Source: Podarcis muralis (taxonomy: Eukaryota). Taken from it: a stretch of DNA of 64,000 nt. Position 1 is the first letter of the stretch; each line of letters begins with the position of its first letter. The position numbers and the translations under genes are program-made. Location: positions 61,690,001-61,754,000 of the forward strand of contig NC_135662.1 of assembly GCF_964188315.1 (NCBI RefSeq). Direction: 5' to 3'. The notes under the pieces were generated by a model. That model saw only the letters and a program-made list of their open reading frames with translations, made no database searches and had not been told where the DNA came from. Below, in pieces: positions 13,246-24,401 of this stretch.

Positions 13246-13397
13246 AACAAGGCTTATTTCTGATGCACAGAACCAATCTTTTGAGTTACGAATCAGGAAA
13301 TTCCCACTTTGAACCTCTCCTCTCTGATGAACTCACCATGTGGCCTTGTGCAATTCATGGTACTGGCTATAAAGCCTGAAATGCTTTGGGGACAGGG

Positions 13398-13807
13398 GAT
13401 CTGAAAGACGTCTTCCTCCTCCTATGTAAGCCTGCCTGAAATTTATGAACCGGAATGCAGTCATCATTTGGATTTCGCACTCCTCCAGATTTTGCAATGC
13501 AGTTATGTAGCCAAATAATGTGTATAAAAATGCATATATTTGGGTAAAGTGTACAAACAGAAGTGTATGTTAGTGAAAATAACATGCAGAAATGTGTTAT
13601 GTTAGGGGAACTTGCTTTGCAAAAACGTGTACATTAGAGGAAATTTCAAACCAAAAGATGTATATTTGCACTGAAACGCTGATGAATTTTCACGAGAGCT
13701 TTTAAAAACAAACAAACAAACAAACAAATAAATCACAAACCAGTGTGGAAATGCAGAAAAACGAACTTAAGCTCTGAAAAATGAGAAACAAATAAAGCCA
13801 TCCCTAC
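13398..13807. mobile_element. AT-rich squamate DNA-transposon-like repeat (possible hAT)
   Basis: Ends ...CATCCCTA; shares sequence in opposite orientation with about 3800-4200. Confidence 0.4.
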
Positions 13808-14179
13808 TCTTGGATAGATATTATTAGGATTGTAGTCTATAATCCCATGCTCCTTCACCTGGGGAGGTAAGTATTATTGAACTCAATGAGGCTTACTTCT
13901 GAGTAGACTGTGCTGTAACTTAACTTCTTTGCTACTCTCATGGATCAGACAAGAGTACATAGCTCAAAGGTTGTTCCCACCTCTGGCTTGCACAATGCTT
14001 GAATAAACAAAACGAAGATCGCTTGGAGATATTTTCAGAACGAGGCTGCCATTGCCTGTATGCAAGGACTTAAACTTGCCTTGACCAACTTGGCATGTGA
14101 CACTTTTCTGCCTTTTCTGATAAGGATCAGGTCTGTAACCTCAGACTCAGTAATGCAGAGAAGGTGAAAGGGAACTGAG

Positions 14180-14329
14180 CCAATGGCGAGGCTCTAACCA
14201 GCACCAGCACAGAACACAGATGTGTTGATGTTTTTGCTCCGCATTCCTTTGACTTGCCAATGACGTCTAGCCAATTAATCACAGCTCAGATGCCTGTCAT
14301 TTGGGAGCTGCAGGTGCCCCCTGCAGCAA
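14180..14329. promoter_or_regulatory. Candidate cis-regulatory cluster (3 CCAAT, CRE-like TGACGTCT, CTCF-like)
   Basis: CCAAT at 14180, 14257 and 14271; TGACGTCT at 14261; GTGCCCCCTGCAGC at 14314. Confidence 0.3.
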
Positions 14330-15331
14330 GGTGTCCCCTTCATTACATGAAGGCAGGGCTAGAGAAACACGCTCAAAGCGGTGGCTCAAAAAGTTAGCAA
14401 TCAATCAATACACACATTCTCAGGCAGCAAGCAGGGGAAGAAAGGGAAGTGGGCTGTGTGACTGCTGCTTTGGCTGTTTGTAGACTTCAGGAAAACAGAA
14501 GCTGGTTAAAAGAGAGGGGAGCTGCATACACTGAATATTTTATTCTAGAATCAATGGAGAATGAGTACTTGTTTTTCTATGTAGTCCACACACAAGCTAG
14601 ATCTCTCTCATATGTTTTGACCCTGAAAAGTGCTTTTTGATAAACTGGTTTCCTTCCAAGAATAAAAGCTCACTGCAGGTTGTTTCTGCCTTACCCCGCT
14701 CAATGTCCATTTGAAAACAGATGAAAATGCTGTGGTCCCAGCAACAAGCTGCATAATGGTATTCTGGGTGGGTGTATAACGATATCACAATCACCACTTT
14801 CTTCTTCGTTAGCTAACAACAGCCGCCATTGTGGACGGCAGGGTCTAAAATCCGTGTAGATTGAAAAGCAGCATGTTAAGGGATGAGGGTGAACAATTGC
14901 GGGTTGAGAAAAACTGCCACACAGAGAAGCACTTTTGCCAGAACTCTTGAATCACTAAGCATAGAACATGTCCACTTCAGAGATATAGAAATTATGGAAA
15001 CTAAATTGGGGAAAATTCCCCTACACTAATAATACATTTCAGCGATTTACAACGCCAGTTTTCTTGAGAACAGGAAAAACACACCTGAAGATTTATAGTG
15101 CTTTTTGTAATACATGTATGCTTGTTAATTTGTTTAGTTAATTTATATACCACTTCATATTTAAACAGTAAGCGGATTAAAAATCCTAACAACATGCACC
15201 TCAAAAGGGATATTGGAGAGCTGAAAACTGTGCAGAAAAGGGCAAAGAAAGTGATCAGTGGGCTGCAGAAATCCCCCCAATGAAGAAAATTTGTGATATT
15301 TGGGACTTTAGTGGTTTAGTGTAAGAGGAGG

Positions 15332-15807
15332 TATTTGCCAACAAAGGTCCGTATAGTTAAAGGTATGGTTCTCCCAGTAGTGATGTATGGAAGTGAGAGC
15401 TGGACCATAAAGAAGGCTGATCGCCGAAGAACTGATGCTTTTGAGTTATGGTGCTGGCGGAGACTCATGAGAGTCCCATGGACTGAAAGAAGATCAAACC
15501 TACCCATTCTGAAGGAAATCAGCCCTGAGTGCTCACTGGAAGGACAGATCGTGAAGCTGAGGCGCCAATACTCTGGCCACCTCATGAGAAGAGAAGACTC
15601 CCTGGAGAAGACCCTGATGTTGGGAAAGATGGAGGGCACAAGGAGAAGGGGACGACAGAGGACGAGATGGCTGGATAGTGTTCTCGAAGCTACCAGCATG
15701 AGTTTGACCAAACTGCGGGAGGCAGTGGAAGACAGGAGTGCCTGGCGTGCTCTGGTCCATGGGGTCACGAAGAGTCGGACATGACTAAACGACTAAACAA
15801 CAACAAC
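15332..15807 (+). mobile_element. BovB (RTE clade) LINE 3' fragment
   Basis: ORF 15335-15784 encodes the BovB C-terminus (DAFELWCWRRLMRVPWT...GHLMRREDSLEKTLMLGKMEGTRRRGRQRTRWLD); (CAA)n tail; TSD AAGAGGAGG at 15323-15331 and 15808-15816. Confidence 0.95.
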
Positions 15808-15946
15808 AAGAGGAGGCATGACCAAGATTTATACAATGATACATGTTAGAGGGGGGAAAGGAAAGGTGTTCCCAATCTCCCTCCATCATAGTACTAGACT
15901 GCAGGACTAAAGCAGGTGCCAAGCAAGTCTCTCTCTAAAGATAGTA

Positions 15947-16159
15947 CAGTGGACACGTTTGCAACCTGCAGTGGTGCATCTGCGCACACGCGGGTTGCGA
16001 TTCAGTGCTTCTGCGCATGTACAAAGCACGATTTAGCGCTTCTGTGCATGCACGACTGCCACAACCCGGGAGTAACCCATTCCAGTACTTCCAGGTTTCG
16101 GCGGGTCCGTAACCCCAAAAAAACGCAACCTGAAGCACCTGTAACCCGAGGTGTGACTG
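15947..16159 (-). mobile_element. Tc1/mariner (Tigger/pogo-like) MITE
   Basis: TA-CAGT...ACTG-TA; reverse-orientation relative of 57290-57549. Confidence 0.8.
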
Positions 16160-16529
16160 TATCCCAAAACTAGGGCACCACCATAAAAAAATCCTACCCA
16201 TTCTTCTAATAGTAGTCAATATTAACCTCAGGCAGGTTGGGGGGGAGATATTCGCTTTTGCTGTTCACAGAGATTGACAGAGATAGAGAAGCTTGCCTAT
16301 GCACCCATTCACAAAAGGACAGCTGTGAGACCTACCCTAACGTTAAGAAAAACAAAGATTGAATTCCAATATTTTAACTACTTAAGGTTTGTGATGTTTA
16401 ACTCAGCAAATGCAGGTGAAAGGCCAAGCCAATCAACAATAAGCACTGCTACACTTTGGTCTCTGCAAAGTTCACTTCGATTCTCACAGGGATAGAGAGG
16501 AAACTTGGCTTGTTCAAAATTCAGCTAAG

Positions 16530-16546
16530 TGCCATCTGGTGGCCAA
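16530..16546 (-). promoter_or_regulatory. Candidate CTCF site
   Basis: Minus strand TGGCCACCAGATGGCA closely matches the CTCF core consensus TGGCCACCAGGGGGCGC. Confidence 0.5.
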
Positions 16547-19119
16547 GTAAGGAATTACTTCTTTTATTGAAAAACCGTACGTATTCTCATTATTCCTGTA
16601 TTTAATATAATGGAGCTCTTAGGTTATACTGTGAATGAATTATCCTATGTGAAAATAATGCTGAAAATCTATACCTGGAGAAATGGCACCATTTACTTCG
16701 GGGGGGGGGGGGGGGGGAGAGAAATACAGGAGGTTGTTTGTCAAAGGAGGGTTCCCACCCACCCCAAGTATCAGGATATGCTGCTTTCGGAAACCAGGTA
16801 AACCATTTATTGCACCACTGGAGCCCTTCTGGAATTCATACTGTAAGTCATGCCCACATTCTTTGCTGTCTGAAGACCAAGACCGAAACCTCCTGGTGAC
16901 CATTTGTTTGCTCAGTGAACCAGCACTTTCTCCAAAGAAGGACAATGGTTGACTAAGTAAATATGAATACCCAAGGAACCTAACAGATTTTTCAAGTGTG
17001 TTTGTCATGCACCTAAAAAAAGGGAATTAGGAAAATCCAGGAATTCCCTGCATAGTTATCTGATGAGCCATTCTGTAAAGACAAAGAGTGGAGCATTCAT
17101 TTCATTGTGTGAATTCTGTCCCTATTCATTTCTATTTCCTTCTTATATCTATATAAAATAAGAAAGACTTCTGGCACTTGGTTGGCATTCTGGAGTTAAA
17201 TGTCCAGGTATTGTCTCATCATTTCGACACCCTGAATAGGCCACAATTCATGTCTTGATGTCCTTACAATTGATAAACTACATGTTAACAGGCCTGGAGA
17301 CAGAAGTGGATATGACCTTTTAAGTCAAAAACAAAAGAATAACCAAGCCTTATTTAGGACTTAATTTAAAAAGCATTGACATTTTTAACATGCATAGTAA
17401 TACATAGTTTTTATGTAGTGCTTTTTGAGTGTCTTACAGTGCAATCCTATTTGCGTCTATTAAGAAAGAAGCCCTACTGCATTCAACAGGACTCAGGCTG
17501 GATGTTTTCTTAATCTATACAACATGACCCCCAATTCACAGGTGTCTCATAGCTTCTTCTGAAATACTGTGTTTTGATGCAGTTTCCCATCTAGCTTCGG
17601 TCAGACTTGAAAAATGCAGGCTTACTCAATGTGCAGTGAAACCCAGGTGTGTACAATTGAAACAAAGAGGGGTTTCGGGGCAAGGGTGGTATGAGGAAAC
17701 CAGCCAGGTGATGCACATTGGATGAAGACATCTCTGCCCCATCAAGGGTATGCAGAACGGGCACCTTTTTATGTTAAAAATGTGGCACTTACTGTAACAA
17801 TAATGAGGCACGAGGAGTAGTCCAAAGGGAGCAACTAATGAATATGGTTCCTCACTTCACAGACCTAGGTGTACTCTAGATATTTGGAACTACAACTTCC
17901 ATCATCCCTGACCGCCATGACTGAGAGTCCTAAACACCTGGAGAAGGGTGGGGGCACCATGTTGGGAGGGGGTGGTTTCGTGCTTAATAGAACTGTTACC
18001 TGCATGCATCGAATCATGCTCTTCTCCATTTGGAAAAAGTCATCAATGGCTGCTAGTCATAAAGGTTACCTGCAATATCAAAGGCAGCATGTTCCTGATA
18101 CCAGTTGCTGGGGGTGGGGTGGGGCGGAGCTGAAGAAGGCTGTGTCCTACCTGTGAGCTTCTCTTTGACTGCTGAGGGAAACAGCATGCCAGACAAGAGA
18201 GGCTTTTGCCCAGCAGTGCTCTTCTTACTTTCTTATGGATTTGTGATGTCACCTTCGTCAGTGCAAGAGGTGCCATGGTGGGTTAAATGTTTGTACTGTG
18301 AATTTAGCCAATGGTATGTGGGGAAGTTATGCCCTAGACTGGCAGACAGGAAGGCCGGTGGGGGTGGGGGACTGAGCCAAAGCCACCTATTCCAGGCATC
18401 TGGACATCACGACAACAATCCCCCCCCCTGTTATTTCTTCTATCTTTTTCCTGTACTGTACATGAAAGACATTGTCTCAGGCAGCTACACACTTTGATGA
18501 CTTATGCCAAACCCTAATCACTACAAGGGCAAGGAATTTCCCTTCCCCCCCAACCAATGTCTAGTCAAGATTCTTTCCATTCTTAAGTTTAGCCCTTTGG
18601 TCACATTCTGCTTGATAACTAAAATAATCCCTTTCCTTTCCTTGGCAAGACTTCCTTCAGTGCACTGATATGGCTATTAGCGTGTCGCCGTTCTCTTATA
18701 TTTTCCGCCGAATGGTACTGAACCACGTAAACACTTTTTCCAAGCACCATTTGCATGCTTGCTTTGAAAAACCAGTTTTACGTATGCCACAGTTTTCATT
18801 ATGTGATTGCTATTATGTGGTTGCTATATGATGCTGCCAACGGACATGGTGGCACTTGCCAGTGTAGAACATAGAAATCGTAGAGTTGTAGAGTTGGAAG
18901 GGACCACAAGGGGCATCTAGTCCAATCCCCTGCAAGGCAGGAACATGCTAAAAGCAAACAAACCCATTGCTCCAAGAGGCTTACACTGAAAATTCACATA
19001 CAGTTGCATGTACCGTATTTATTTTCGTCAACTTCTCCATGAACACTTGTTGAGGATTCTTTGATTGGACAGTTCAGAAATTCAACTAAACAAATGAAAT
19101 AAAAAAGCAGCCTGAGGAG

Positions 19120-19468
19120 GCTATAATTGAGCCTGCTTAACCTGTTCTCCTCCGGCCATATCCCCACTTCTCTGTTTGCCTCCTCCACGAGAGGGTGGCA
19201 ACACGAGAACAGGCCTTTTCTTCAGTGGCTAACCACTTGTAGAATGCTCTCCCCAGGGAGCTCCATTATATATCTTCAACCACCAGACAAAACATTCCTG
19301 TTCACCTTTGGCTAATTAAACCATTTATAGCTTTTTAAGCTGGGGGTGGTGGTTCTGTTTTAGTTTCTTATAACAGTATGTATTTTTGTGTTTTTATATT
19401 ACAAACCACCCAGTGATCCTTGATTGAAGGGCAGCATAGAAATTTTAACAACAACAACAACAACAACA
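19120..19468 (+). mobile_element. L2 LINE 3' end fragment
   Basis: Typical lizard L2 3' region (ccttttcttcagtggc...gctctccccagggag...aaaccacccagtgatcc...gaagggcagcatagaaat) and a short-repeat tail. Confidence 0.55.
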
Positions 19469-19523
19469 TTCCCATGCTGTTTTTCCCCCTCTTGGAATGA
19501 AAAAATATATCAGTATCTATGTA

Positions 19524-19908
19524 AAGTAAAAGGTAAAGACCCCTGGACGGTTAAGTCTGGTCAAAGCTGACTATGGGGTTGCAGCACTTATCTTGCTTTC
19601 ATGCCGAGGGAGTCAGCATTTGTCCACAGACAGCTTTCCGAGTCATGTGGCTAGCATGACTAAACTGCTTCTGGTGCAATGGGACACCGTGATGGAAACC
19701 AGAGCACAGGGAAATGCCATTTACCTTCCAACCACAGCAGTACCTATTTATCTACTTGCACTGGTATGCTTTCGAATTGCTAGGCTGGCAGGAGCTGGGA
19801 CAAAGCGACGGGAGCTCGCCCCGTCACAGGAATTTGAACTGCCAACCTTCCAACTGGCAAGCCCAAGAGGCTCAGTGGTTTAGAACACAGCGCCACCCAC
19901 ATCCCTGG
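19524..19908 (-). mobile_element. Sauria SINE, full length
   Basis: Tail, body and head all present; TSD GTATCTAYGTA at 19513-19523 and 19909-19919. Confidence 0.92.
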
Positions 19909-20404
19909 GTATCTACGTACCCCATCAAGATACATGCATCTATATATTTCCTTGCAAGCAATTCAGTTGTTGCTGTTCTATTCTGCAAAGCAGTGCTTTT
20001 TCTGGGGGGTACTCAAGGGTACACAGTACTGGCACATTTTCCCCCAGATGTTAAAAATGGCACTTACTAGAACAACTTCATGGTGAGTACCGATTAAGAG
20101 ATAGAAAGGAGCAAATCCTAAAAGCAGACCTGCTATACACACGTCAATCAGCGGGCATAAACAATAATTAATCACAAGACAAAATCTTTGAAAGAAGTTA
20201 AACCAGGTATTAGCCAGCCATTTCACCAAATAATTAATTCCGAAAAGAAACCAAGTGTGGCTGCCTCCAGCCCAAGCTATGAGCAACATCCTGCCAGTTA
20301 TTATTTATGGTGCTTTCTTTTCCCTACCCAGCAACAGCCATCAAAACCTTCTACTAAAGGGTGAAAAGTAGCTGCTCATGTGCAAAGGTAGCCTTTGAAC
20401 ACAC

Positions 20405-20457
<53 letters not shown>

Positions 20458-20819
20458 GCCACATTCTACAGCAGCTTTAGTTCCTTTGATGATAGATTAA
20501 GATGGAGCTTCTTAAAGCCCATAGCCAGAAAACTGTTAAGGGTCAGTGAGAAGAGTGGCAGTGTAGAGATAATGAGCATGGCTTTATGGACGATGGCTGC
20601 CCAGCTGTATTGTCCTGCCAACTTTAAGACATCAGAGGAATGGACCACACACACAAATCTGGTACACTGCATAAGAGAACCAAAGATAACCCAATGCCCT
20701 ATGAACCAATGATAACCCAATTCCCTATGAGGCATCCCACAAAGATGAATGAAGTTTGCGCTGGCAGAACAGGTTGAGGATTGCTAGTGAAGAAACGAAG
20801 ATGTTTAGCATAGCTCATC

Positions 20820-20861
<42 letters not shown>

Positions 20862-21483
20862 GACAGAGCGCAAAATAGCTAATAGTAGCCACATTGCTTA
20901 ATCCTTTGACAAATTGTTGGGCTTGCTCCTCCAAGATATTGTTCATTCACTTTAATCTCAATTTCTTTGATCCACTTTCCTTTGACTTTACATGACTTGA
21001 CATTGCATACATGACTGTTTTTTTTAGTTTGTTGGATATAGGTAACTAATCTCATTCAGCGGCTTTATTCACTCATTGTATTAGGTTGCTCAAATTTATC
21101 CAATAACAAAAGCCTACTTAAACCCAATGAGCGCCTGGGCCCAGCTGAGCTCAAGCTGCACACTAATATTAGTAGTTGCACAAAAACTCCAGATGGAGTT
21201 GCATGCCTGCATCTGCTTCAGAAAGGCACAGGCTGCCAACTCACCGGGGACTGGAGGAGCCCTGAAAATGCATATTTGTCTGCATATATAGCAGGCTACT
21301 GGTGTCCAAAAGACATGCATACCAGTGCAGGGGAACATTGAGAGCAACCCCTATGGTCGATTCATATCTGTGTCTTGGGTTATGTATTCACAATGAAATT
21401 AATAACAATGAAATTGTATACTCACCGAGCTGAGAGAAAAGTAGCACACTAAAAACATTGACTGAAATAGAACTAACTAATTA

Positions 21484-23195
21484 CCGTATTTTTCGCTCTA
21501 TAACACGCACCTGACCATAACACGCACATCGTTTTTAGAGGAGGAAAACAAGGGAAAAAATTCTGAATGAAACAGTGGATGTATCATTTTTGTGCTTCAT
21601 GCTGTGGCCACAGACATGTGATCTGATGGTGAATTTGGGGTAGCTCAATGCAAAGATCCTGAGGATCCATGTGGATCCATGCTTTTTAACCACATTTTTG
21701 CACCATTGCAGCCCCAGGCAACAGTGGGTGTGTGATTTTTGGGGGGCAGGCTGCTATGTGATCTGATGGTGAATTTGGGGTGGCCCAATGCAAAGATCCT
21801 GAGGATCCATGTGGATCCATGCTTTTTAACCACGTTTTTGCACCATTGCAGGCCCAGGCAACAGTGGGTGTGTGATTTTTGGGGGGCAGGCTGCTATGTG
21901 ATCTGATGGTGAATTTGGGGTGGCCCAATGCAAAGATCCTGAGGATCCATGTGGATCCATGCTTTTTAACCACGTTTTTGCACCATTGCAGCCCCAGGCA
22001 ACAGTGGGTGTGTGATTTTTGGGGGGCAGGCTGCTATGTGATCTGATGGTGAATTTGGGGTGGCCCAATGCAAAGATCCTGAGGATCCATGTGGATCCAT
22101 GCTTTTAAACCACGTTTTTGCACCATTGCAGCCCCAGGCAACAGTGGGTGTGTGATTTTTGGGGGGCAGGCTGCTATGTGATCTGATGGTGAATTTGGGG
22201 TGGCCCAATGCAAAGATCCTGAGGATCCATGTGGATCCATGCTTTTTAACCACATTTTTGCACCATTGCAGCCCCAGGCAACAGTGGGTGTGTGATTTTT
22301 GGGGGGCAGGCTGCTATGTGATCTGATGGTGAATTTGGGGTGGCCCAATACAAAGATCCTGAGGATCCATGTGGATCCATGCTTTTTAACCACGTTTTTG
22401 CACCATTGCAGCCCCAGGCAACAGTGGGTGTGTGATTTTTGGGGGGCAGGCTGCTATGTGATCTGATGGTGAATTTGGGGTGGCCCAATGCAAAGATCCT
22501 GAGGATCCATGTGGATCCATGCTTTTTAACCACGTTTTTGCACCATTGCAGCCCCAGGCAACAGTGGGTGTGTGATTTTTGGGGGGGCAGGCTGCTATGT
22601 TATCTGATGGTGAATTTGGGGTGGCCCAATGCAAAGATCCTGAGGATCCATGTGGATCCATGCTTTGTAACTACATTTTAAGTGGGGAGTGAAGGAAAAA
22701 CACAGAAGGGACAAGAGAGCGGTGTGCAGAGAAGCAGCTGGCTAAGAAAGCAGGAGAGGGATTTAACGGGAGGTAGGAAAAAAAGGCAAAAGTTTCCACA
22801 AACCGAAGCCAGCTTTCTCTCTCCTCCTGCATGTTTTCTGGCTGCCTGCGAGGAGCACGGAGAGGAATTAAAAGGAAAGACCTCTGCTTTCCCCTCTGCT
22901 TGCCTGGAGGGGAGGGGATTTGCCTGCTCTTTGTTCCGTTTGAGCAAACACAGCAACGAAACAGAGGAGGGTGGGCAGTAAGACCCCGAGGCAGAATGCA
23001 GGAAAGCAACCACTTCCTCTTTTCAGGTTTCCCTTCTCCGACACAACGCGCTTTGATTTTTGCTGATTTTTGTTCCTGCGCTCCCCTAATCGGCTCCAGG
23101 GACCCCCCCCCCACATTCGCTCCATAACACGCACAGACATTTCCCCTTCCTTTTTAGGAGAAAAAAATCTGCGTGTAATAGAGAGAAAAATACGG
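21484..23195. mobile_element. Non-autonomous Tc1/mariner transposon, Tc2-like TIRs, carrying a tandem array
   Basis: TA-CCGTATTTTTCGCTCTATAACACGCAC ... CTGCGTGTAATAGAGAGAAAAATACGG-TA; repeated subterminal ATAACACGCAC motifs; no transposase ORF. Confidence 0.88.
21616..22680 (+). repeat. 140-bp tandem array, about 7.5 units
   Basis: Units start at 21616, 21756, 21896, 22036, 22176, 22316, 22456 and 22597; full units differ from the consensus by 0-3 changes. Confidence 0.98.
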
Positions 23196-23201
23196 TACAT
23201 A

Positions 23202-23568
23202 GCGGGTGGCGCTATGGTCTAAACCACTGAGCCTCTTGGGCTTGCCAATCAGAAGGTTGGCGGTTGAAATCCACATGACAGGGTGAGCTCCCGTTGCCCA
23301 GTCCCAGCTCCTGCCAACCTAGCAGTTCGAAAGTGGAAGTAGATAAATAGGTACCACTCAGACGGGAAGGTAAACAGCATTCCGTGCACTGCTCTGGTTT
23401 CGGTGTTCTGTTGCGCCACAAGCGGCTTAGTCATGCTGGCTACATGACCCGGGAAAACTGGCTGCAGACAAATGCTGGCTCCCTCAGCCTGTAAAGTGAG
23501 ATGTGCTCCGCAACACCAGAGTTGTCTGCGACTGGACCTAACTGTCAGGGGTCCTTTACATTTACATT
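23202..23568 (+). mobile_element. Sauria SINE
   Basis: Head gcgggtggcgctatgg, B-box-like ggttgaaatcc, tail ggtcctttacatttacattt. Confidence 0.92.
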
Positions 23569-24011
23569 TAACTAATTCCATATGCCACCAAGCATAGTGT
23601 GGGACACAATGGCATGCACTTAAGGAAAACTGGCATGGAAATCAAACTGTTTGGGCAAAGCCACTGGGTTTTGCAAGCATAGAGGGTCAGTGCAGGGCTT
23701 TGGAAGAACTGCTGATCTCAGCTGCAAGTATCAATGATAGATGTCATCTATGTACTAAGAAGTCCTATCTACTCAGCAATAAGCCCTACTGAGTAGGCTA
23801 CAGTGAGGCTTATGTCCAGATAAATATAGGAGCACTGCAGTCTGAATGTGTGACAAAGGAGATGTGCATGTGTGCTTAAAAAAGACCACTAGCCAGTCAT
23901 AGTGCCTCTCCTGGTATTATGACTTCAACAGGATCAAATTAATCAGGCCATTCATCCTACAGTTATTCTAGATACCAGATGCACCTTGTATCCCAAAATA
24001 CTATTTGCTTA

Positions 24012-24057
<46 letters not shown>
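24012..24057. repeat. (TAA)n microsatellite
   Basis: Direct reading. Confidence 0.95.
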
Positions 24058-24058
<1 letters not shown>

Positions 24059-24330
24059 TCTAGGCACATCCTATTGCTGATTACCTTCCAAAGCATTTAT
24101 ACAAGAGAAATATTACTGGAAGCAAGATACGTCAAAACCCAATAAACTACCTCGAAATGCTCTATTCGTATGTTTGCATATTCAAGCAGAGAAACAAAAC
24201 CCAAAATATTTCTGAAGCTCTCCCATCATCCATGACTACAAGCTGCGCCAGGCTCATGGGAGCTGGAATCCAATAGCAGCTTTGAGCAGGGCCCCACAAA
24301 ATGTCCCTATCCCTACGCTAGGGTTTTAAT

Positions 24331-24401
24331 CAGTGCTTTTTTTCTGGGGTTACTCAAGGGTATGCAGTACCAGAACCTTTTTTCCTAGAAAAAAAGCACT
24401 G
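24331..24401. mobile_element. Mini hAT-like MITE (71 bp)
   Basis: TIR CAGTGCTTTTTTT...AAAAAAAGCACTG; flanks gttttaat/gacttaat (6/8 match); related fragment at about 19990-20040. Confidence 0.65.

Noticed and set aside
13347-13385. 39-nt exon candidate with gtgagt donor
   Set aside because: It overlaps a MIR-like SINE head (gaactcacc...gtggccttg), so the splice signal is repeat-derived.
21616-22680. CRISPR-like array or repetitive protein ORFs (MVKKHGSTW...)
   Set aside because: Units are repeated in their entirety with no unique spacers, there are no cas genes and the context is vertebrate. The ORFs come from the 140-bp period shifting frame each unit.
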